Origin: Naegleria gruberi
Taxonomy: Eukaryota
Assembly (NCBI GenBank): GCA_000004985.1
Contig: GG738907.1
Strand: one strand, 5' to 3'
DNA length: 64,000 bases
Both the position numbers and the translations under genes were made by a program. The notes beneath the pieces were generated by a model. The model ran no database searches and was not told the origin of the DNA. It saw only the letters and a program-made list of their open reading frames with translations. The number at the start of each line of letters is the position of its first letter. The stretch's first letter is position 1. Below are positions 54,487-64,000 of this stretch, in pieces.

Positions 54487-55196
54487 CTAATAAAAGTTTT
54501 GATCGATTTGAGTTCCACAAATGTTTGTTGTTCCTTGGAATTGCTTAATGCTTGGGTGACTAAAAGATTTGAATTGTAAAAATACGAATTAAATAAAAAG
54601 AATACTTACCTCCATCCTCCAAAAGATTGGAAGTTATCAAATGATGCATTGTTATCATAGTAAGCCCACCATAATTGCAAATTGGAGAAGGCAGTAGAAC
54701 CACAAGTAATTGGTTGCCATTGAGAATGAGAAGAATAGATGTGAACTGGATAACCTGTAGCTCTACCAGCATTAACCATTCTAGAGATAAAGTTAACATT
54801 GGTTTGACAATTATTAGTCCAGTATTGAGGACCTTCAATATCGAGCCAAATTTGACCAAAGGTTGCACCATTACTCTTGATAAAGTTGACAGTATTTTGA
54901 ACTTGAGCAGCAGCATCTTCATTAATATTTGGGAAGATGTAAATATCAACATATTTAATACCAGCAGCCTTGGCACGATTGATGTCATTAGCAACATATG
55001 GATTGACACGTCCAGTTGATAATTGAGCTTGAATAATAGCAAATTCACGTCCAGATTGCTTTAAACAATTCCAAGAACTTTGAGAAACATCTCCTTGGAA
55101 ATACGACAAATCAAGACCCAATGTAGCATTGGCAACAGAGGCAGCAAATGCCATCATCAAAACCAAACCAACAATCACAGAGCAGTATCTCTTCAT
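54487..55196 (-). CDS. Secreted GH25 (Chalaropsis-type) lysozyme/muramidase in two exons: join(54487..54559,54610..55196)
   Basis: ATG (rc) at 55194-55196, followed by a signal peptide. The GH25 signature reads LGLDLSYFQGDVSQSSWNCLKQSGREFAIIQA...GIKYVDIYIF...IWLDIEGP. Donor AG|GTAAGTA at 54609. A 50-nt intron ends ttttag at 54560. A short 3' exon encodes SHPSIKQFQGTTNICGTQIDQNFY. Confidence 0.75.
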
Positions 55197-55791
55197 TTTT
55201 TTTAATTGTTAGTTGTTTGATTTGTAACATCAGATGATTGCTTTATTGCTTTTCATAAGATGATTGCAATCATGTTATCTTCCTGATGAAGATCAGCTGG
55301 CTGCCTCCAACAGACAAAAATTCAACTCATTGGACAACGATGATGATCATAAAAGTTTAATGTGGCTTGTTTTGTGTGGCGTTTAATGTCCTATCGGAAT
55401 GAATCCATTTGGTAGACAATTATTTTCGTTATAGTAATCAGGAATGATGGTTCCTTTCTCTTTACAAAGTTGCTGTTGTTAGCAAAGAAATAGGATTGTT
55501 CAATTCATTGTTTGGAAATTTCCAAGTTGTATTATTAAACGTTTTTGTTCATGTAATTAGCGCCATATTGACCGTTACATATTTTTTAAATATTCAAATT
55601 TTTTTAAAAAAACAATTTCAAACAAATAGGATGAAAAGGAATAATTGTATTATTGGCAATTTTGGCGGATGATAATAGTGCATACCCGTGATACTTTTCA
55701 GGTCCATACAACAAGTGGTGCAAAATTGGTTTAGATAGTGAATAAGTGGTAAAGTAATGGCAAAAAATTGGTGGAATTTTCAGAAAACAAA

Positions 55792-58700
55792 ATGTTCAAA
55801 GGCTCATACTACGAGAAGGTTCTTGATGAAGAGGAGAGTTTCAAACCAACAACAACACCATCATCACCATCAGAACAACATGAAGATGTAGATAGTACTT
55901 CTTCGGAGGAAAATAATATACTTCCACCAATGATATCATCTCCAATGGAAAAGAAGGAAAATATAACGGTTGATCGAATGGAAACAAAGGCTTGTTCGAA
56001 GGCTTGTTGTTCTTCATCATCATCATCGAAGGCTGGTTGCTCAGAGGAAGAAGAACAACACGAACATTCGGCAGTTAATAGTACTCACAAACATAGTAAA
56101 AGAGGAACGAAATCAAAGTTGATGTATGGAAAGAAGAAGATCAAAATTAGTCAACTGCAACATTTGACAAAACAACATGATGAACATCATCACGAAGAAG
56201 AAACGACGTCAGAAACAACAAACATTTGCGAGAAGTCAAGCTCTTCTAATTGTTGTTCTTATGGTTCTTGCTCAAAGGAAAAACAAAAAGAACCAAACAA
56301 TGCAATTGTTTCAGATTGCTGTTCTTCAGGTTCCTGTTCCAAGAAAAGCAATGTTCCAGTTGAGAAGAAATCAACATGTACTTCTGGTTGTTGCCAGTCA
56401 GTATCAACTTCCACTGAGAGCAGAACAGAATTGAAATTGGATAATTTACTTCCTAATCACAAGTCTCTGCATTTGACTGTGAGAAATTTGCATTGTGCTG
56501 ATTGTGCCAATATGGTTGAGGGAGTTTTAATTAAGAAGAATGGTATTCTGAATGCCAGAGTGAATAGTATGACAGATTCAGCTCATGTAGTATATGACGA
56601 ATTAATTATACAAGAAACATTAATTGTAAAATCAATTCAAGACCTTGGATTTCCAACTAGTGTCTCTCTATTGAAAAACATTTCAAATTCTGATCAGGAA
56701 ACTCTTACAACCATGTTCGAATTCAAACAGGAGTTACAAACACACAAAGTAGATGAATTAGTTAAGAGCATTGAAAAAGGGGATGGCATTATTCATACGG
56801 CCTATGATACATCGAGTTGTCTCCTCCAAGTGGCTTACAATCCTGATATTACAGGTACAAGAGATATTAAGAAAATGATTGAAACCATCGATTCGAGCCA
56901 TATGTTTACAATTATGAGTGGTAGTAAAGCTAACGAGATTACCGATCAGAACAATAAGAATGAAATCAAAATATGGAGGAGAAACCTTATTGTTTCCTTC
57001 ATTCTTAGTATTCCAGTCATATTTACAGCATTCATCTTTCCAATGATCAAACCAGTTGATGAATTTTTGAAGAAGGAATTCTTACAAGGCCTCAATAGTT
57101 ATATTCTTATTGGATTTATTTTCTCAACACCAATCCAATTTTATTTTGGAAGACCATTGTACATGTCAGCTTACAGAGCTCTACGATATGCAAAAAAGCC
57201 AAACATGGATACACTTGTAATGCTGTCAACTACCACTGCTTATGTTTACTCGTTAGTGAGTACAATAATTGCAATGTTTGTTGAGACTTACAAGGCCGAA
57301 GCATTCTTTGAAACTTCGGCACTCTTGTTGACATTTATCATTTTGGGAAGGTAGGTTTTCTTACTTGTTATTAATTTTATTTATAATTACTATTAAGGTT
57401 TTTGGAAATACTTGCCAAAGGACAAACTTCGAGCATACTTACTTCCATTTTGAAACTCAGATGCACCAAAGCTTTTTTGATATTCAGAGGAAACTATGAA
57501 AGAATAACATGTCAAACCGAACTTGTAAATAATTCACATGCTGTAGAGGAAGAGGAGATTGATACTGATCTTGTTCAAAGAGGCGACATTTTAAAATGCC
57601 TTCCAGGTTCAAAAATTCCAACTGATGGAGTAGTGTTTTATGGCACTACATCGATTGATGAATCAATGATTAGGTAAGTTTTGAACCATAATTTAATTTG
57701 ACATTATTCAACCATAATAGTGGTGAATCTATTCCAGTTAACAAGGATGTTGGAGATTTTGTTTATGGCAGTACAATCAATCAATTTGGAACAATCTATA
57801 TCCGTGTAACAAAAACTAGTTCTGAAAATACTCTTTCTTCAATTGACAAATTAATTCACGAATCTCAAAATGCTAAAGTACCCATTCAAAGAATTGCTGA
57901 TAATGTTAGTGCAGTGTTTGTACCTGTAATTATTGGTATTTCCTTATTGGCTTTTATTATTTGGATCAGTTTGTGTTATGCTGGAGTTTTGGAAACTGAC
58001 CTGCATCCAATCACCTTTGCTTTACAGTTCTCTCTTGCAATTTTGGTAATTAGTTGTCCTTGTGCTATTAGTTTGGCAGCTCCAACAGCTGTGATGGTCG
58101 GTATCGCCAAAGGTGTTGAGTATGGTGTACTATTCAAGAATGGTGCTGTAATTGAGATGTGCCACAAGGTTAACACAGTCATATTTGACAAGACTGGTAC
58201 CTTAACCAATGGAAAACCAGTTGTTACAGACGTGTTGCTTTTTGAGGGAGATGATTTGAAGCAATTCAAAGCAATTATAGGTTCTGCAGAGTTGGGAAGT
58301 GAACACGTTATTGGAAAGGCTATTTCAACACACGTAGAAAAGGAGGGAATAGCTATAGAACAACCTGTTGATTATCAAGCAGTTCCAGGAAAAGGATTAA
58401 AATGTACAGTCTATGGAAAACAAGTGATTGCAGGTAATTGCACTTGGATGAAGGACAATTCAATTGAAATTTCAGAAACACAACAAGAACAAATTTTAAC
58501 TTTGGAGAATCAAGGAAAGACAATTGTTCACGTTGCAATCGATGGTTCTTTACATGGAATTGTTGCCCTCTCTGATACTCTCAAGGTGGAATCCAAACGA
58601 GTTATTGATGAATTGAAGAAGAAGAATGTGGAAATTTGGGTGGTTAGTGGAGACAACCAAGTCACAACTAGATATATCGCCAACCAATTAGGCATTGAGA

Positions 58701-59155
58701 ATGTAATGGCCAATGTCCTTCCAGCCTACAAGAGAGAAAAAGTGCTTGAATTGCAACAAGGTAAAACTTCCAATGGTAAAAAGAGAGTTGTTGCAATGAT
58801 TGGAGATGGTATCAATGATTCACCATCTCTAGCCCAAGCAGATGTTGGTTTTGCAATTGGATGTGGTTCAGATATTGCCTTAGAAACTGCGGATATCATT
58901 TTGGTAAAGAGTGATTTGAGAGATGTGCTTGTGGCTTTGGATTTGTCAAGGACTACTTTCAGAAGAATCAAACTCAACTTTTTATGGGCCTTCCTTTATA
59001 ATGCTGTTGGTATTCCATTATCTGCTGGAGCATTCTATCCAATCCTTGGTATTGCAATTCCACCAGCTATTGCAGGATTATCTGAGATTTTCTCTTCCAT
59101 TCCTGTAATTCTCTTCTCCTTACTTTTGAAATTCTACAAACCAAAGATTTATTAA
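55792..59155 (+). CDS. P1B-type heavy-metal (Cu+-type) transporting ATPase in three exons: join(55792..57350,57398..57673,57721..59155)
   Basis: ATG at 55792. Two 47-nt introns (GTAGGT...ttaag and GTAAGT...ataatag) join in frame to give LGR|FLEILAKGQTS and MIR->TGESIPV. Motifs found: CPC (SCPCAISLAAPTAV), DKTGTLT, GDGINDSPSLAQADVGFAIG, and TGESIPV. The N-terminus has Cys-rich metal-binding-like clusters and an HMA-like fold carrying CADC instead of CxxC. Confidence 0.85.
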
Positions 59156-59306
59156 CAAAGAAATACAACACTTTTATTGTAAACTCACTGTCTGTTAAAG
59201 AGAATTGATCGCGCTAGGCTTAGTTGAGCTCAACTAACCTTTCTATTTTGATTGTAGTAATCTTGCGGTCCTGACATTGACTATTTGAAACGAAAAAAAC
59301 TAAACA

Positions 59307-60619
59307 ATGACCTCCACTATTTGTGAAGAAGAAACTAACCAAACGAATGTGGAGCAACAACTTTCAACTAGTAGTAGTATCAACAATACACCATTATCGG
59401 ATACTGTGGAAACAAATCAGGGTGCTAATATAGGAGAAACCAAAAAGATGGGAGAAACTAATCATGCAAACAAACGCAAGTCTCAAAATCAGCACAAAAG
59501 AGAAGAAACTCCAATAATATACAAGGTGAAAACACCGGAAATTATATTATTCAACTCTCCCAAGATGGTGCTGGAAAGGATGAAAGTAGATGGTATTCGA
59601 AAGTCCAAGCTAACGGTTGACCAAATAATAATCCTCTCCTTGTTTGCTGGTTTATTCATCGGATTGGCTTGTGCTATGGCCATATTGATTGGAGGAAACG
59701 TTCCAGACCTAGAAGAAAAAAACCCAGGTCTCCAGAAACTTCTCTCCGGTGCGTAAGTTTTTCACACTTTCATTTTCATTTCACACACGAGATTCGAATA
59801 GTGTTTTTCCTATTGGATTGATTCTTATAGCCATGACTGGTTCTGAATTGTTTACTGGTAACGTTTTGGTCTTGTTAGTTGCCTTGTTTTCAAGAAAATG
59901 GAGAGCCAAAAAGTTTCTTCTTCAGTAAGTGAAATAGTTTGAAATTAATAATTGAAATTTTCAAAGATATACACAATTTTCAAAGAATTTGTTCGTGAGC
60001 TACTTGTTCAATTGCTTGGGAGCATTTCTATTTGCCTACTTTTTCGTGTATTTACCACAACCTTGCTGCTCTGCTTATTGGATTAAATACATACAGAACA
60101 TGTCAGTTGCCAAAACGACAAAAACTTTTGGAAATTTAGTGTTATTGGCAATTATTTGTAACATGTTAGTGACTGTTTCTGTATTCTGCTGTAATGCAGC
60201 AACTACATTGGGAGGAAAATTTCTTGGCATTTGGTTTCCATTAATGACATTTGTTTGTTTAGGATTTGAACATAGCATTGCAAATGCTTTTTACATTCCT
60301 CTTGGCATGCTTGTAAGTAATTTTTCAATTAATTTATGAAAATTTATTGTAAACTCAATGTTAGTATGGAGCTAATGTAACAGGATATGATTTTCTTATT
60401 GGAAACTTACTACCTGTCACTATTGGAAATATAATTGGAGGAGCAATTATTAATGGATGTTTATTATATTATGTACATGATTTTAGAGTGAGACATCATA
60501 GAGCCATATTCAATTTTGCAGAGAAAATATGGGAAAAGATAAAGAAGAGGAAGGAAAATACAGAATCAAACACATCTTCATCTATTGAACTATCCGAAAG
60601 TAAAGAGAATATGGTCTAA
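59307..60619 (+). CDS. Formate/nitrite transporter (FNT) family channel in four exons: join(59307..59752,59802..59924,59967..60312,60365..60619)
   Basis: ATG at 59307. Introns of 49, 42 and 52 nt begin GTAAGT and end AG, and all junctions are phase-consistent. FNT signatures: AMTGSELFTGN, GFEHSIANAF, LLPVTIGNIIGG. Confidence 0.75.
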
Positions 60620-60831
60620 ATATTTGTACAATTTTGATTACAACAAGATTTTCAATTTTCATATGAAAGTTATTCAATAAACTTATCAATTTTGTCCACT
60701 AAATCTCTTATTTCAATTAAATCATTGAATATCTTCGAACAATCTATTGAATTCTTCAATGCCAAAATGTAAACTTCAACATTTGATCAACAATTTCAAT
60801 AAGCGATTTCGAATAACTTTTTCAAAAAAAA

Positions 60832-63273
60832 ATGTTACCTCCTCATCTCTTCAAATCTTCTGTTAATATCAAACCTGATCGTTCCAATTTTACATTGGAA
60901 AGGAATTATGATCTGATTCAGGAATCTCTGATGGAAAAACGTGAAATTTTAATTCCTGGCGAGGAAATTGAAATTGATTCACATGTTTATTGTGTTAATT
61001 TGTTTAAAGTAGCAAATTCGGGTGATGAAAATAAAGTAGTGGAAACAGTTGATGAAAAGATGAATTCGGGTGATGGAAAGGAATTGATTCGAAATAAGGA
61101 TCATTTGTTCTTGGTTGACCATTTGTTGCATCAGGAAGAGTGTAAAGAAATATTAAAGAAGGAAGAATCGTTGGGTTTCGAATCAATTACTTCTGAATAT
61201 CCGGTTGAGTATAGAAATAGCAAGAGAATTCTTTACAATGACAAGGAATTGGCTGCCAAGTTATGGAAAAGATTGAAAAAGTACATGATTGATTGTAATT
61301 TTATGAAACCTTATGGTTTAGACAGTGAAGGTTATTGGATTCCAATATCTGTAAACGAATGTATGAGATTGAGCAAGTATGAACCTGGAAATTATTTCAA
61401 ACCTCATACTGATGGTCAATTTGTGAGAAATGATGATGAGAGAAGTATTTACACATTGATCATCTATTTGAATGATGGATTTGTTGGTGGCGAAACTAAA
61501 TTCATGAGAAGAGTTGATCCTCTCGCTGAAAATGAAATGAAATTCAAGAATTTATGTGAAATTAGTCCCAAGATGGGAAGTGCATCTGTGTTTAATCATG
61601 ATTTGTATCATCAGGGATGTCTAGTAACAGAGGGTGTGAAATACATTTTAAGAACTGAAATAATGTTCAAGAGAATTGACTCAGCTGAGCAATTAGTGAC
61701 TAAACAAGATAATGATGAGATCTATAACAAAGTTATGGATCTTTTGCATGAAAGCGACCAACTGGAAAGGAAGGGGGACACTTACCAAGCAACCAAACGT
61801 TATATAAGTGCACAGGAATTATTGATCAAAAGTGGACATTCAACTTCAATGTTAATGAATCCAAAATTTCTTTCTAAAAGGAAAACTCTCAATGCTGAGA
61901 ATTATTCAATGAAGAGCTCAATTTCTCGATTACCAGATGAGATTATCTCACATATTTGCAAATTTTTGAATGACTGGGAAATTTGCAAGCTCATTCTTCC
62001 ACTCGACAGATATTTCAATGATATTGGACGAAACTCACCATTATGGGAATGGATGTATATGAAAAAATGGGGACATTCTATCACTAATTTACTGAAACAA
62101 TTTCACTCAAGAAATATTGAGGAGCTTAGAAATCTCAATTCACAAGACAATACAAGCTCACTTGAAGAAACACCAACTGAGGAGCAGGATTGGTTCCATA
62201 TTTATATCATGAAACGATATTTTGAAAAGGAGTTTGAACCAATTTGTGTGGATTTTGGTCCTGATATGTATTCCTTTACATATTTTGCAACCATTAATGG
62301 AGATATCGAAAGAGTTGTAACTAGACCCATAAAAGGGGCCACCAGACAGTAAGTAGAATATTTGTGAAACTTTCCAAGATCTTTTTGAAAATAGTGCAAC
62401 CATCACTAAATTTTGCAGTTATATCTTACCAGATTATCATAATCAAAACTCTCGATCTCTGGCTGGAGCAGTTAAAATTCATGATTTAAATAATGGTGGC
62501 TATTCGAAATATGTTCAACCATTCGTCAACTTGCTTTACAAAAAATTGAACAAGAGTTGTCAAAGGAATCCGATTATTATCAGTTGTGGATCGAGTGAAT
62601 TTATGAATTTCAATTCTTGGAAAGAAGTATTATTGGATTACATGGTAAGTATTTCACATTAGTTCATCAAATATATTCTGAAATCGTCTAGTTCAAGATT
62701 AAGATCCCAGCTGTTTGCGTGCTCCCAAGATGTTATCTATTAGCAATTTACTTTAATCTACCAACATGTCTAGTTATTGATGTTTTAAGTAATGCAGTTT
62801 ATGTACATGCCATCATTCAAAATGACAAGGATCAAATTAGAACTGTCTATAAACCCATCACATCTAACAGGAACGTGTATCCTATAAGGCCAGCAGAGGA
62901 TAAAAACTCATTCGAGGGGCCAATAATTAATGCCATTGACACCCTCTTGGATCAATTTTCAGATAATGCCAATCTGAAATCTCATTTAATGGAAAATATT
63001 ATACTTTCTGGAATTATTGTTGAAAATTCTTACGAATTTAATTTCAGAAATCTTGGTGAAGAACCAAAATCAAAAAGAAAAGATTTGGAACGTAACGATA
63101 TTCTCGAGGTATTCAACTCTCCAAATTCCAAATATCAAGTCAAATATCAAGCTAGTGGCGAAGAGGCCATTAAGGGAGCTCAACAATTTTCTAAAATTCC
63201 AAACTTTAAGGATTATTGCACTTATTGGTTCGATTGTGAGAAGTTTGTCAAGCAATTCGATGCATTTGAGTAA
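60832..63273 (+). CDS. Composite protein: prolyl-4-hydroxylase-like 2OG-Fe(II) oxygenase domain, F-box-like motif and a divergent truncated actin-fold domain. Model join(60832..62348,62419..62644,62704..63273)
   Basis: ATG at 60832. 2OG oxygenase motifs: PHTDGQF (HxD), IYLNDGFVGGETKF, NHDLYHQGCLVTEGVKYILRTEIMF. F-box-like RLPDEIISHICKFLNDWEICKLI. Introns of 70 and 59 nt (GTAAGT...AG) are in phase. The actin-like blocks are ICVDFGPDMYSF...VVTRPIKG, QRNPIIISC, and EVLLDYMIPAVCVLPRCYLLAIYFNLPTCLVIDVLSNAVYVHAI (compare actin [39 protein letters not shown]). Confidence 0.5.
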
Positions 63274-63297
63274 ATGATGAATTCATTAGTAAGGTAT

Positions 63298-64000
63298 TTA
63301 CACTTTATCGTCATGCTGCTGCTGCTGTGGTTGTGGAGGTGCTTGTGGTGAGGGAATATATATTGTGGTTGGTGCCTCATTATCACATGTTGATTTTCTA
63401 TAATTCATTGAGTATTGAATGGATTCGTTTGATTCGAATTGTTGATTGGAAATATTTGGATTGACCATTCCATGATTATTCGTCATTGCTAATTCAGATT
63501 CGTTGTGATTGTAATATTGTAAACTTGCATCTGATGTGTTGTTGGTACCAGCAACAATATTACTTTGAAAATTATTGTAATAGATGGGCTGTTGTTGATT
63601 AGGTGGAATGACAGTTGCATTATTTGGAGGATATTGATAATAATTCATCATCATTGGATTCGGTTGACTAAAATAATAACGGTTTACAAAACCTGTATTT
63701 TCAATAATCATAGGATGTTGCTGCACTGTTTCGCCTGTTTCTAATTGCATCACAGAAACATTTGCCAAACCAATTTCACTTCCAGTATTCATTGCAGCCA
63801 TCTTTCTTCTCTGAATAATCATTCGAATAGACAATAGAATAAACAAAACACCCATCACCAACAAAATACCAGCTGATGCACCCAGAGGAATCATAATCGA
63901 ATCATAAACTGGACAATTATCTTGTTTCGGTTGCTTTACACAAGTTGCCATCAAGACTCCCAACACCAAACATGCAATCAACTCTGCAATTGCAATCAAA
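63298..64000 (-). CDS. Membrane protein with Q/N/P/Y-rich cytoplasmic tail, 5'-truncated by the window edge
   Basis: The ORF runs off the window end, and the tool's start is TTG at the edge. It has two hydrophobic helices followed by an N/Q/P/Y-rich low-complexity region. Confidence 0.35.
   Translation of the reverse strand, partial: LIAIAELIACLVLGVLMATCVKQPKQDNCPVYDSIMIPLGASAGILLVMGVLFILLSIRMIIQRRKMAAMNTGSEIGLANVSVMQLETGETVQQHPMIIENTGFVNRYYFSQPNPMMMNYYQYPPNNATVIPPNQQQPIYYNNFQSNIVAGTNNTSDASLQYYNHNESELAMTNNHGMVNPNISNQQFESNESIQYSMNYRKSTCDNEAPTTIYIPSPQAPPQPQQQQHDDKV

Noticed and set aside
1-64000. Interpretation as a bacterial or phage accessory region
   Set aside because: The window has canonical GT-AG introns with in-phase junctions, and eukaryotic initiator tRNA features (A1:U72, A54/A60). 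It encodes ubiquitin-system, Rag GTPase, Kelch/BTB and F-box proteins, and has A-rich Kozak-like start contexts. All of this points to a eukaryotic nuclear genome.

Overview
This window is AT-rich eukaryotic nuclear DNA, not prokaryotic. The genes carry short spliceosomal GT-AG introns of about 42-221 nt, worked out by hand for the Cu-ATPase, FNT transporter, PX-domain gene, GH25 lysozyme and the ADF-H gene. Two eukaryotic cytoplasmic-type tRNA genes are present, an initiator tRNA-Met and tRNA-Lys(CTT), and most start codons sit in an A-run (aaaaATG). I count about 35-40 protein-coding genes. The recognisable ones are a heavy-metal P1B-type ATPase, a formate/nitrite transporter, a GH25 lysozyme, RagA/Gtr1 GTPase, enoyl-CoA hydratase, cytochrome P450, a PX-domain protein, a Kelch+2xBTB protein, an F-box/LRR protein, a TRIM-like RING/B-box protein, a VWD-domain secreted protein, a 76-aa ubiquitin-like protein, a DUF985 cupin and an ADF-H protein with K/E/P/V tandem repeats. 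I saw no CRISPR array, no rRNA and no obvious transposon. The most unusual content is as follows. (1) A locally expanded family of five paralogs, four in tandem at 5.7-12.4 kb plus one at 36.3 kb. They share an N-terminal LPNFxEF motif, a leucine-zipper-like coiled coil, a basic NLS-like patch and an unrecognised ~85-aa C-terminal domain. (2) A gene that fuses an F-box-like N-terminus to a Rho-type GTPase domain that has lost the P-loop Lys, the switch-II Gln and the NKxD Asn, so it is probably a pseudo-GTPase. (3) A single continuous ORF that joins a prolyl-4-hydroxylase-like 2OG oxygenase, an F-box-like motif and a divergent, truncated actin-fold domain. (4) A tandem pair of secreted or membrane paralogs ending in poly-cysteine tails. 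(5) A VWD domain fused to an extraordinarily basic K/A/R/E tract of about 400 aa. I cannot assign the taxon from sequence alone. The window mixes protist/fungal-type genes (FNT, GH25) with animal-type domain architectures (RING-B-box, VWD). The ORF track allowed non-ATG starts, so several listed starts were moved to the first in-context ATG. All coordinates are 1-based on the + strand.
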